Position numbers and translations under genes: made by a program. A stretch of DNA of 64,000 bases from Verrucomicrobiales bacterium (lineage in GTDB: Bacteria > Verrucomicrobiota > Verrucomicrobiia > Limisphaerales > UBA1100): the NCBI GenBank assembly GCA_005809105.1, contig SYLI01000048.1:555-64554 (forward strand). Reading direction: 5' to 3'. Each line of letters opens with the position of its first letter. Position 1 is the first letter of the stretch. Of the stretch, positions 56,674-64,000 are shown piece after piece. Below the pieces are notes generated by a model. The model saw nothing but the letters and a program-made list of their open reading frames with translations. It did not search any database and had not been told where the DNA came from.

Positions 56674-58785
56674 ATGAACCTCTCCATGTTTGCCCGAATC
56701 GTTCTGATCTGCTGCGTCGCCTGCTGGGGACTGGCCTGCGACTCCAAGCCCGCCCCGCAAACGGGTGGCACCACGCCGCCACCCCGGCTGCCGGTTGCTG
56801 CTGCTGCCAACGGCACGGCACCAAAGGACCCCAACAAGACGGCGGCCCCAACCGGAGCCACCAATGCGGCCGCAACCGCGCCGCCGCAGGTTGCCGAACC
56901 GGCATTCAGACTGATGCCCGGCCAGCGAACCAGTTTTCCAGCCGTTGCCCGTCATCTGGATGCGGGAGGATCCTTCTATCTCTATGTCAGCCCCGATCAG
57001 GTGCTGGGCTGGGTTGACCGCGGCTTCGATGCCTTGGGCCGCGTGTTTAAGGAGAAGCCCTTTGACCTGAGCGACGACAACGCGGCAACGGGCCAGTTGG
57101 TGTTGCGCATCGTGCGCGCGGCCTTCGTTCAAAGCGGCCTGCGCGACATCGACGGGCTGGGCGCCAGCACCGTGGATCTGGGCGGTGGCCTTACCCGCAA
57201 TGTGCAGATGCTGCACCGGCAAGCCGGCCCCAACGCCGGCCTTCTCTGGAACCTCTTTGGCACCCAGCCTCACGAGCTGGGCGCATTAAACCTCATGCCC
57301 GGCGAGACGGCATGGGCGGTGCATGGCGATCTGGATCTGGCCAAGGCCGTCGCAGGGGTTCGCGCATTCGTGGCAGCGCAGGCGCCGCCATCGGCCGCAA
57401 AAGTGGTGGACGAATTCTGGGCGAAGGCCAACCAGCAGGTCGGCATCGACAAGCTGCTCGCCAGCTACGGTGGCGAGTTGGGCGTTTACTTTACCCTGGA
57501 CTCGAATCGAACGATCGAACTGGATTCAGGTCTCATCGGGCCGCTGATGTCGCCCGTGCCACTGCCTCCGTTGGAGGTTCCGCCTGTGGAACTAAGGTCC
57601 AAGCTGGAACCGGACTTGCCCCAGGGGGCACCGCCCAAGCAGGCGCCGCCGGCCAAGTCCGTGCCGCAGGCCCAGCCCGCTCCGGGAATCTCCGAACCCG
57701 TCCGCAGCGTGCGTGCGCCCGGTGGTGCGGACGCGAAGAAAATCCGCATCCCCGAGCCGGGCCTCGTCATCACGCTCAAGGTCCGCGACAACGCGCTCAT
57801 GGAGTTTATCACCGCGCAAGTGGCCTCGCTCAAGGTGCCCGTGAAGGAAGTCACCGTGGAGGGTGTAAAACTCTCGGTTCACTCCGTGCCCGCCGAAGGC
57901 CTCCCTCTGCCGCTGAGCCCCACGCTCTATCAATCCCAGGGTTACCTCGTGCTGGCCAGCACGGAGGCGCTCGCGCGCAAGGTTCTGGCCGTCCAGCAGG
58001 GCAAGGACAAAGGGCTGCGTGGCACGGCCGAATTCCAGCGACTCACTCGCGGGCTGGAACTGCGCGGCAACCAGTTTAGTTTCTTAAGCCAGCGCTTCGG
58101 CGACGAGTACGCCCGCCTGGTGCGGGCGGGCATGGAGGGCACCGAAGACCTGCCACCTTTCATGCGCGAGTGGCTGGTCAAGTTCATGACCCTGGGGATG
58201 GACAGTACTGTGGGCGTGATGCAGGCCACTCCCGAAGGTTGGTTTGCCGCCACCCACACCACCGGCATGCGGCAGGAAAGCGCGTTGCTTGCCGCAGGCG
58301 CGGTTTTGCCCGCCGCCGTCATGGCCGGGCTGCTGCTGCCTGCGCTCTCCAGCGCGCGCGAGGCGGCGGTGCGCACGCAGAGCCTCAATCAGGCCAAGCA
58401 ACTGGGCGTCGCCCTCATCCAGGTTGCCTTTGACAATGGCAACAAGGTGCCGGTGGCCAAAGAGTGGTGCGATGTCCTTCTTAAACCACTGGGCAATGAG
58501 GGGGCGTTTCATTCCCCCCGGTTTGGGGGCCGAGCCACCACGCAGGGCAAAGGCTCAGACTATGCGCTCAATGCCGCGCTGGGCGGTGCCGACATCAATA
58601 AGGTGGACGTGCACACCGTGCTGCTCTTTGAATGCTCACTGGGCTGGAATGGCGCGGGCGGACTCAAGGAGGCGCGGGAGCACATGACAAACATGGGCGT
58701 GGGACAGATCGCCGTGGTGTTTGTCGATGGCAGCGCGAGGGCCTGCAGGGTGGACGAACTGGATTTGCTGCGATGGAAACCCTGA
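56674..58785 (+). CDS. lipoprotein: large N-terminal domain (DUF3352-like, tentative) plus C-terminal pseudopilin/DUF1559-like module; paralogue A
   Basis: Lipobox LICCVACWGLAC. Paralogous to the next gene. The C-terminus begins AVMAGLLLPALSSAREAAVRTQSLNQAKQLGVAL and ends VVFVDGSARACRV..LLRWKP. Confidence 0.6.
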   Translation: MNLSMFARIVLICCVACWGLACDSKPAPQTGGTTPPPRLPVAAAANGTAPKDPNKTAAPTGATNAAATAPPQVAEPAFRLMPGQRTSFPAVARHLDAGGSFYLYVSPDQVLGWVDRGFDALGRVFKEKPFDLSDDNAATGQLVLRIVRAAFVQSGLRDIDGLGASTVDLGGGLTRNVQMLHRQAGPNAGLLWNLFGTQPHELGALNLMPGETAWAVHGDLDLAKAVAGVRAFVAAQAPPSAAKVVDEFWAKANQQVGIDKLLASYGGELGVYFTLDSNRTIELDSGLIGPLMSPVPLPPLEVPPVELRSKLEPDLPQGAPPKQAPPAKSVPQAQPAPGISEPVRSVRAPGGADAKKIRIPEPGLVITLKVRDNALMEFITAQVASLKVPVKEVTVEGVKLSVHSVPAEGLPLPLSPTLYQSQGYLVLASTEALARKVLAVQQGKDKGLRGTAEFQRLTRGLELRGNQFSFLSQRFGDEYARLVRAGMEGTEDLPPFMREWLVKFMTLGMDSTVGVMQATPEGWFAATHTTGMRQESALLAAGAVLPAAVMAGLLLPALSSAREAAVRTQSLNQAKQLGVALIQVAFDNGNKVPVAKEWCDVLLKPLGNEGAFHSPRFGGRATTQGKGSDYALNAALGGADINKVDVHTVLLFECSLGWNGAGGLKEAREHMTNMGVGQIAVVFVDGSARACRVDELDLLRWKP

Positions 58786-58810
58786 AAAAACTGAACCGGA
58801 GGACTTCAAC

Positions 58811-60613
58811 ATGAACATGATCGGCTTTGGATTCATCGAGATGTTGCTGATGGCGTTGTTGCTGGCACCGCCCATCAAGGCACCGCTGCCCCCGCCGGAT
58901 GCCGCCGCGCCCATCCCAAAGCTGGAGCTCAAGCGCTCGGCCGAGCGCACGGCGTTCTATGACACCGTCAAGTACCTGGACTTGGGCGGGCAGTTCCTGC
59001 TCTACCTCAGCGCCGAGCAGGCGCTGGCGGACATGGCCCTCATCCTCAAGCGCGCCGAGGAAGTGGTGCAGGCGCTCACGAAGGAAAACGGCGAGGCCGA
59101 CGCCCGCGAGGCCCGCATGGTGCTCAAGCTCGTCCAGGCGGGCCTCAAGGAGAGCGGCGTGAGCCAGATCAGCGGATTGGGCGCCAGCAGCATCGCCACC
59201 CAGCGCGGCTTCCACCGGAGCGCGGCGATGTTGCACCGCTACCCCGACAACAAGGAGCCGGGCATCCTTTGGACGGGGCTCGGACAAAAGCCCCACGCCC
59301 AGACGGGCCTGCAACTGCTTCCCGCCAGCACGGTGCTGGCGCTTCATGGCGATGTGGACGCCCAGGGCGCCATGGTGTGGCTCAAGAAATTCATCGCCGT
59401 CCATGCGCCGGCGGAGGTGGCGCGGGAATTCGCACAGGCGCTGGTCGAGATCAACCGCGAGGTCAACCTCGACAACCTGCTGGCCGGGTACGCCGGCGAA
59501 GTGGGGCTGCTCGTCACGCTGGATGAAAAGCGCCGCTTCAACATGCCCCTCCCCCACGGTGGCGCGGCCCTGGAGCTGCCCGTGCCGGGAATGGCCCTGG
59601 TGTTAAAAACCAAGGGGCCGGCTTTTCCCGACCTGCTCAAGAAGGCACTGGATGGGCTGCCTTTGCAGGCCGCAGAACCGGAGGAGGCCGAGGGCGTCAA
59701 GCTCAACAGCTACAAGGTGCCCGGCGAGCTTCCGCTGGACATCCGGCCCACCTGGTTTGTTTCCGGGGATTACCTGATCCTCTGCAGCAGCCCGGCTTTG
59801 GCGAAGGAAATCCTCGCCGTGCAGAAGGGCCGCAACAAGGGGCTCTCGGGCACGGCGGAGTTCCAGCGGCTGGCCAAGGGATTGGAACTGGAGGGCAACC
59901 ACCTGCACTTCGTGAGCGTGCGGCTGGCCCAGACGTATCTCGACGTGGGCCAGTCCATCTTGGAACGCGCCATGAAGGAGGAAGAGCTGCCCGGTCCGCT
60001 GGGTCTGGCGCTGAAGGGACTGCTCGGCGAAGGCCGCAATCACCTTGCGGGCTATCTCGGGGTGTTGCGCGTGCAGGCCGACGGGTTGCTCTACACCTCG
60101 CACACCTCCCGCAGTGTCGCGCCCGCCGGCGCCGGGACGGGAGGGGGCGCCCACAACGCCGTGGCCTTGCTGGCGCCGGCGTTGTTGAAGGCTCGTGCGG
60201 CGGCCCGCACCTCGCAGGACATGAATCAACTCAAGCAACTCTTGATTGCCGCGCACATCGCCGCGGCTGACGACGGCGACCGGCTGCCCGACGCGGCCCG
60301 TTGGTGTGAGGCCTTGGGCAAGCACCTGCCCGATGCGGGCGCATTCGAGCCGGCACAGGAATCGCAGTCCATCCCCGGGAAGAAGCGCGTTGGCTTTGCG
60401 ATGAACGCGACACTGAGCGGGCTTAAACTGCGCGCCATCAACCACCCTTCCGAGACGGTGCTCTTCTTCGAGAGTGACCCCGGCTGGAGCGGCAAGGGGG
60501 GCCGGGACGACATGAAGCTCTCTTCCGATGGCGCCTGCCTCGTGGGCATGGTGGACGGCAGCGTGCGGCGCGTCTCAAAGGCCCAACGGGCGGCACTGCG
60601 CTGGGAACCGTGA
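58811..60613 (+). CDS. paralogue B: prepilin-like N-terminus, large central domain, C-terminal pseudopilin/DUF1559-like module
   Basis: GGAGGA Shine-Dalgarno upstream. N-terminus MNMIGFGFIEMLLMALLL. The C-terminus begins AVALLAPALLKARAAARTSQDMNQLKQLLIA and ends LVGMVDGSVRRVS..ALRWEP. Confidence 0.6.
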   Translation: MNMIGFGFIEMLLMALLLAPPIKAPLPPPDAAAPIPKLELKRSAERTAFYDTVKYLDLGGQFLLYLSAEQALADMALILKRAEEVVQALTKENGEADAREARMVLKLVQAGLKESGVSQISGLGASSIATQRGFHRSAAMLHRYPDNKEPGILWTGLGQKPHAQTGLQLLPASTVLALHGDVDAQGAMVWLKKFIAVHAPAEVAREFAQALVEINREVNLDNLLAGYAGEVGLLVTLDEKRRFNMPLPHGGAALELPVPGMALVLKTKGPAFPDLLKKALDGLPLQAAEPEEAEGVKLNSYKVPGELPLDIRPTWFVSGDYLILCSSPALAKEILAVQKGRNKGLSGTAEFQRLAKGLELEGNHLHFVSVRLAQTYLDVGQSILERAMKEEELPGPLGLALKGLLGEGRNHLAGYLGVLRVQADGLLYTSHTSRSVAPAGAGTGGGAHNAVALLAPALLKARAAARTSQDMNQLKQLLIAAHIAAADDGDRLPDAARWCEALGKHLPDAGAFEPAQESQSIPGKKRVGFAMNATLSGLKLRAINHPSETVLFFESDPGWSGKGGRDDMKLSSDGACLVGMVDGSVRRVSKAQRAALRWEP

Positions 60614-61908
60614 AGCCTGGCGAAGAAAGCCCGCGCCCTTCCAAGGGCCTGCGCACCGCGCCCGGCTTGTCGCGCCGGCAATTCGCAAAGGCGACATCGG
60701 CTTTGGCGGCCGTCGCGATGGCCGATCCATGGCCGTGGACATCGCCCCGTGCGGACGCCGCGGTGCCAGCCGCTGCCGTGAAACCATCCCCGGATCCCGT
60801 GGCGTTTCCCCATCGCCTCCTCACACCGGCCGCACAATTTCGCGACGTGTCCCGGGGCAATCCCCGCCCGCATTCGCTCAAGGGCGACGCCCTGGTTCAG
60901 GCGCGCCTCACCCCGCAGACGTGGCGGATGGAAGTGGTGGCCGACCGGGCGGTGGACGCGGTGGTGAAGGTGACGCCGGATCCCGGCCGGGAATTGACGC
61001 TGGGCGGGGGCACGGCGCTGGATTTGCCGGCGTTGCTCGAGCTGGGGAAGAAGCATGAGGTGCGGCTTCTCAAGGCGATGCAGTGCCTCAACATCCCGGC
61101 GCCGCTGGGTCAGGGTTTGTGGGAGGGCGTGCCGTTGCGCGAGGTGCTGCGGCTCTGCGGCCCGCTGCGCAACGTGCGGCGCGTGTACTACTGGGGCTTT
61201 CACAATCAGGATCCCAAGCAGGTGTTTCGTTCGTCCTTGAGTTTCACGCAGGCGATGGAAACGGCGCCGGGAGAGATGCCGCCCTTTCTTGCCTACCGGC
61301 TCAACGGCGAGCCCATCTCGCTCATTCGTGGCGGCCCCGTCCGGATGATCATCCCGTGGGCGCATGGGTTCAAATCGATCAAGTGGCTCCAGCGCATCAC
61401 GCTCACCAACGACCATCGCGCCAACGACACGTACGCCGAACAGAACAACGATCCCGAATCGCATCTCAAAACCGCGGCGTACCTGGACGATCTCCCGGCG
61501 AAGATTCCGGAAGGCAATCCCGTGCACCTCTTAGGCCAGGTCATCTCAGGCTTGTCCGGAGTGAAACGCGTCGAGTATTCGCTGGCGAGAGAGGCCGATG
61601 ACGTCCGCGAGCTGCGCTGGAGCGAGTGCCAGCTTGAGGAGCCACCCGCCGACTGGACGGCGGTGTTGCCCGCGGGAGTTTCGCCAAGGCAGGTTCTCGG
61701 ATTTAATCCCCAGACGGGAGGGCCGCTCTCCTGGCCGCTGCGCTACAGCATGATTTCGTGGATGGCCACGCTCAAGGGATTGGCCAGGGGAAAATACACG
61801 GCGCGAGCGCGAGCGGTGGATCTCAATGGCTTTGCCCAGCCCGAGCCGCGGCCCCATCCCACCAGCGGGCGCAACGCGCCCGACGCGCGCGAGTTTGAGG
61901 TGGTGTAG
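60610..61908 (+). CDS. TAT-exported molybdopterin-dependent oxidoreductase (sulfite-oxidase fold)
   Basis: GTGA start/stop overlap with the upstream gene. RRQFAKATSALAAVAMA; WEGVPLREVL; YRLNGEPISLIRGGPVRMIIPWAHGFKSIKWLQRI; and a C-terminal Ig-like dimerisation-type domain. Confidence 0.8.
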   Translation: MKPGEESPRPSKGLRTAPGLSRRQFAKATSALAAVAMADPWPWTSPRADAAVPAAAVKPSPDPVAFPHRLLTPAAQFRDVSRGNPRPHSLKGDALVQARLTPQTWRMEVVADRAVDAVVKVTPDPGRELTLGGGTALDLPALLELGKKHEVRLLKAMQCLNIPAPLGQGLWEGVPLREVLRLCGPLRNVRRVYYWGFHNQDPKQVFRSSLSFTQAMETAPGEMPPFLAYRLNGEPISLIRGGPVRMIIPWAHGFKSIKWLQRITLTNDHRANDTYAEQNNDPESHLKTAAYLDDLPAKIPEGNPVHLLGQVISGLSGVKRVEYSLAREADDVRELRWSECQLEEPPADWTAVLPAGVSPRQVLGFNPQTGGPLSWPLRYSMISWMATLKGLARGKYTARARAVDLNGFAQPEPRPHPTSGRNAPDAREFEVV

Positions 61909-62090
61909 TTTGCCGACTTTGGGCAACGCCCACGCCAAGCTTGGCGAGAGCCTTGCCGACTTTGGCCAAGACCTTGCCGACCGTTGCCGGGGCATTTGCC
62001 GACCCTGGCCAACGCCTTGTCTGTCGTGGCTAAGAGTCTGGCGACCTCGGCCAACACTTCGCCAACCTCGGCTGTGCCTTTGCGCCATTC
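61909..62090. repeat. about eight imperfect tandem units of 21-22 nt (core TTGCCGAC + yyTGGCCAA)
   Basis: TTGCCGAC occurs at 61910, 61953, 61974 and 61996. Degenerate in-phase copies occur at 62017 (TTGTCTGTC), 62038 (CTGGCGAC) and 62058 (TTCGCCAAC). Confidence 0.6.
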
Positions 62091-62276
62091 GTGTCCCTTG
62101 AAGTTCAAATCAACCGCACCGTCCGGGCTTGAAAAATAGTTGCAGAAAGTTTTTCCCAATCTCATTTCCACGTGTAATTCATTATGCAGGCCTCTCAGAC
62201 CCGGTGAATGCTGGGTCTTCCGGAGGGGAATCGTCCCAAGAACCGCCTGCAGGATAACGATAAGAAAAGGAGATTT

Positions 62277-62645
62277 ATGTCAAACGCCTATGTGGTGTCC
62301 AAGGGGGAGATGATCAGCCTCGGTTGGGCAGACGCAGCGAAGGACGTGGTTTTCGGAGGTGTCTCATGGTCCGGCCATTATACAGCTCTCACTGCTTGTC
62401 ACGACTCGGACACGCGCATCCTCCAACTGGAAAACCAGTTGGCAGGGGAGCGTGCCACCCGGGATGCCAATCGTGCAAGACTCGGTGAAAGCAACCGCAA
62501 GGTGTATCTTGGTCTGCTCGGTCATGAGAACTTTGGGGATGATTGTTCTCTGTTGCCTCGATGGGGTTATACCCGTCGCAGTGATCAGGACAGCGGTCTG
62601 ACCCGGGGCACCAACGAACCGCCTCTGAGCGGAGTCCAAAACTAG
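62277..62645 (+). CDS. orphan hypothetical protein (122 aa) in lower-GC islet
   Basis: AAAAGGAG Shine-Dalgarno 6 nt before the ATG, and a strong terminator 50 nt after the stop. No family recognised. Confidence 0.45.
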   Translation: MSNAYVVSKGEMISLGWADAAKDVVFGGVSWSGHYTALTACHDSDTRILQLENQLAGERATRDANRARLGESNRKVYLGLLGHENFGDDCSLLPRWGYTRRSDQDSGLTRGTNEPPLSGVQN

Positions 62646-62696
62646 ACAGACCGGGCGGCCTGGCTGCGGGGTCGCACTGAACCGGAAACGTGGCGC

Positions 62697-62737
62697 AAGC
62701 ACCCCTGTCGCTTCGGGTGGCAGGGGTGCTTTTGTTG
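62697..62737 (+). terminator. rho-independent terminator
   Basis: Perfect 11-bp stem AAGCACCCCTG / CAGGGGTGCTT with a 13-nt loop, followed by TTGTT. Confidence 0.65.
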
Positions 62738-62849
62738 GCTCTGCGCCGGCGCTCATTCTTCGCCCCCGCCAGCGGCCTGCGCCATGGTGGCCGCGCGCAA
62801 GCACCTCGAAGGCAACACGCGGTATCTTGGACTGAAGTCAGTCCGGGTG

Positions 62850-62878
62850 TTGACATGGTGGACTAATGGGACTAACAC
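62850..62878 (+). promoter_or_regulatory. candidate sigma70-like promoter of the toxin-antitoxin pair
   Basis: TTGACA at 62850, a 17-nt spacer, then TAACAC at 62873, ending 7 nt before the antitoxin ATG (possibly a leaderless or very short leader). The consensus is borrowed from proteobacteria, so this is weak. Confidence 0.25.
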
Positions 62879-62885
62879 CGAGGCA

Positions 62886-63119
62886 ATGAAAACTGTGAAT
62901 GTGCATAAGGCGAAAACCAACTTGTCGAGCCTGCTGGCCCAGTTGGAAGCGGACAGCGAAACCATCGTCATTTGCCGCAACGGAGAGCCGGTCGCCGACC
63001 TTGTGCCGCACCAGCGCGCGAGCCGGATTAAAACGCATCCAGTTCTTGGCAAAATAAAAATCGGATACGACCCGGTTGAACCGCTTGCTGCCGAGGAATG
63101 GCCGGAGGCGGCGCGATGA
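62886..63119 (+). CDS. Phd/YefM-family type II antitoxin
   Basis: 77 aa, MKTVNVHKAKTNLSSLLAQLEADSETIVICRNGEPVADLVP. ATGA overlap with the toxin start. Confidence 0.8.
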   Translation: MKTVNVHKAKTNLSSLLAQLEADSETIVICRNGEPVADLVPHQRASRIKTHPVLGKIKIGYDPVEPLAAEEWPEAAR

Positions 63120-63493
63120 TTCTGGACACCTGTGCCCTCCTCTGGCTCGCCAGCGGCGACAAAAAACTAAGCCGGGCCGCCCTCAAGAAAATAAACCAAG
63201 CCGCGGTGGTTTATGTTTCCGCCATCAGCGGTTTTGAAATCGCGATCAAGGTGGCCAAGGGCAAGCTGAAGCTTCCGCACCCGCCGCAAGGGTGGTTTGA
63301 AAAAGTGGTCGAGCATCATGGGTTGGCGGTGCTGCCGCTTGATTTGGAAGTCTGCATTACCGCCGCCCAACTTCCGTCGAACCACGACGACCCTTGCGAC
63401 CGATTCATCATCGCTGCCGCCAAACTGGAGGACTTGACCGTGGTGACAACCGACGAGCGGTTCGAGAAATACGGCGTGAGGGTGATGTGCTGA
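63116..63493 (+). CDS. vapC: PIN-domain toxin (VapC family)
   Basis: 125 aa, MILDTCALLWL (Asp4), ISGFEIAIK, DPCDRFIIAAA and VVTTDERF provide the acidic PIN quartet. Confidence 0.85.
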   Translation: MILDTCALLWLASGDKKLSRAALKKINQAAVVYVSAISGFEIAIKVAKGKLKLPHPPQGWFEKVVEHHGLAVLPLDLEVCITAAQLPSNHDDPCDRFIIAAAKLEDLTVVTTDERFEKYGVRVMC

Positions 63494-63712
63494 AGCTTCC
63501 GTGCCGAGGCGCCAGCGGCCTGGGCAGCGACGGCAAAGCCTGGCGCACCGTCACCGTGTCTCCAGCAACGGCAGGCAATGTTTCAGGCTTTCATTGAACG
63601 TGCGCCAGCACCAACCCTTTCAGGGTTGAAAACATTTTGGGGAACACAACCCCATGCTGATGGATTTGAACCCCGTTTGGATTCGCGGACGGAGGCGCAT
63701 AAGGCCAGAGGC

Positions 63713-63752
63713 AAAATAAAACACCCGCGAAGCGCTTGTGCTTCGCGGGCGT
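63713..63752 (-). terminator. rho-independent terminator directly after the carB-like stop
   Basis: 10-bp stem CCCGCGAAGC / GCTTCGCGGG with a 6-nt loop. The minus strand then reads TGTTTTATTTTG. Confidence 0.6.
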
Positions 63753-63765
63753 GACGAATCCCAAC

Positions 63766-64000
63766 TCAGTTCTTCGCCCCCGCCAGCACTTCCTCGAAAT
63801 CCACGATCTCCTTGATCTGCACCAGGAACCAGCGGTCGATCTGGGTCAGGCCGAAGATTTCCTCAATCGTGAATCCAGCCCGCAGCGCGTGACGAATAAA
63901 AAAAATGCGTTCGGCGTTGGGGACGGAGAGTTTGCGGCTGATGACGTCGCGCGGGAGGATGTCGCGGTCGCCATAGACTTCTGTGCCGATGCGCCACGGT
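63766..64000 (-). CDS. carB: carbamoyl-phosphate synthase large-subunit N-terminal fragment (3' end only; continues beyond window)
   Basis: Manual translation gives ..[51 protein letters not shown]. This matches E. coli CarB ..[44 protein letters not shown].. in the oligomerisation domain. The stop is at 63766..63768. Confidence 0.8.
   Translation of the reverse strand, partial: [77 protein letters not shown]

Noticed and set aside
61909-62090. Possible CRISPR array
   Set aside because: The units are about 21 nt and contiguous, with no unique spacers. There are no cas genes in the window, and the repeats are degenerate.
61743-62171. 142-aa minus-strand ORF as a confident CDS
   Set aside because: Only its first ~50 codons look protein-like (heptads). 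The rest is Arg/Gly-rich and runs antisense through the last 165 nt of the Mo-enzyme gene. It is reported as a repeat/possible pseudogene finding instead.
63893-63905. A/T homopolymer run (eight T in the coding sense, ATT TTT TTT ATT) inside carB as a slippage or frameshift site
   Set aside because: The frame is open and homologous to CarB on both sides of the run, so there is no evidence of slippage.

Overview
High-GC (about two-thirds G+C in lines I counted) chromosomal window. It is most likely from a PVC-superphylum bacterium (Verrucomicrobiota or Planctomycetota), judging by four DUF1501 genes, a DUF1549/DUF1553 protein, a Planctomycete-type cytochrome c/WD40 protein, DUF1080, DUF1559-type pseudopilin features and a split 'PVC heme-binding dehydrogenase'. 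All family calls are by-eye motif recognition; no database search was run.

Layout:
- 1-25.5 kb: mostly core housekeeping (lipA, ligA, pyrF, mfd, pyrH, frr, tRNA-Thr) mixed with secreted hydrolases and a DsrE/F/H (TusDCB)-like trio.
- 25.5-40.1 kb: one long minus-strand block (porin, cupredoxin/cytochrome c, dehydrogenase propeller, DUF3500-like, duplicated alpha/beta hydrolase, three tandem DUF1501 genes).
- 40-56.5 kb: PVC accessory genes, including a tightly coupled cytochrome c-WD40 / DUF1549-DUF1553 / DUF1501 / PPC-domain cluster, a sulfatase and an ABC-2 exporter.
- 56.7-61.9 kb: the most unusual locus. It is a coupled operon of two paralogous envelope proteins that carry a pseudopilin-like module at the C-terminus, followed by a TAT-exported molybdoenzyme.
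- 61.9-63.8 kb: a decayed 21-nt tandem repeat and a lower-GC islet (orphan gene plus Phd/VapC toxin-antitoxin pair). The islet abuts a carB reading frame that stops prematurely in front of its own terminator.

No CRISPR array, transposase, integrase or rRNA was seen. Many long antisense ORFs in the track are GC-driven shadows and were rejected.
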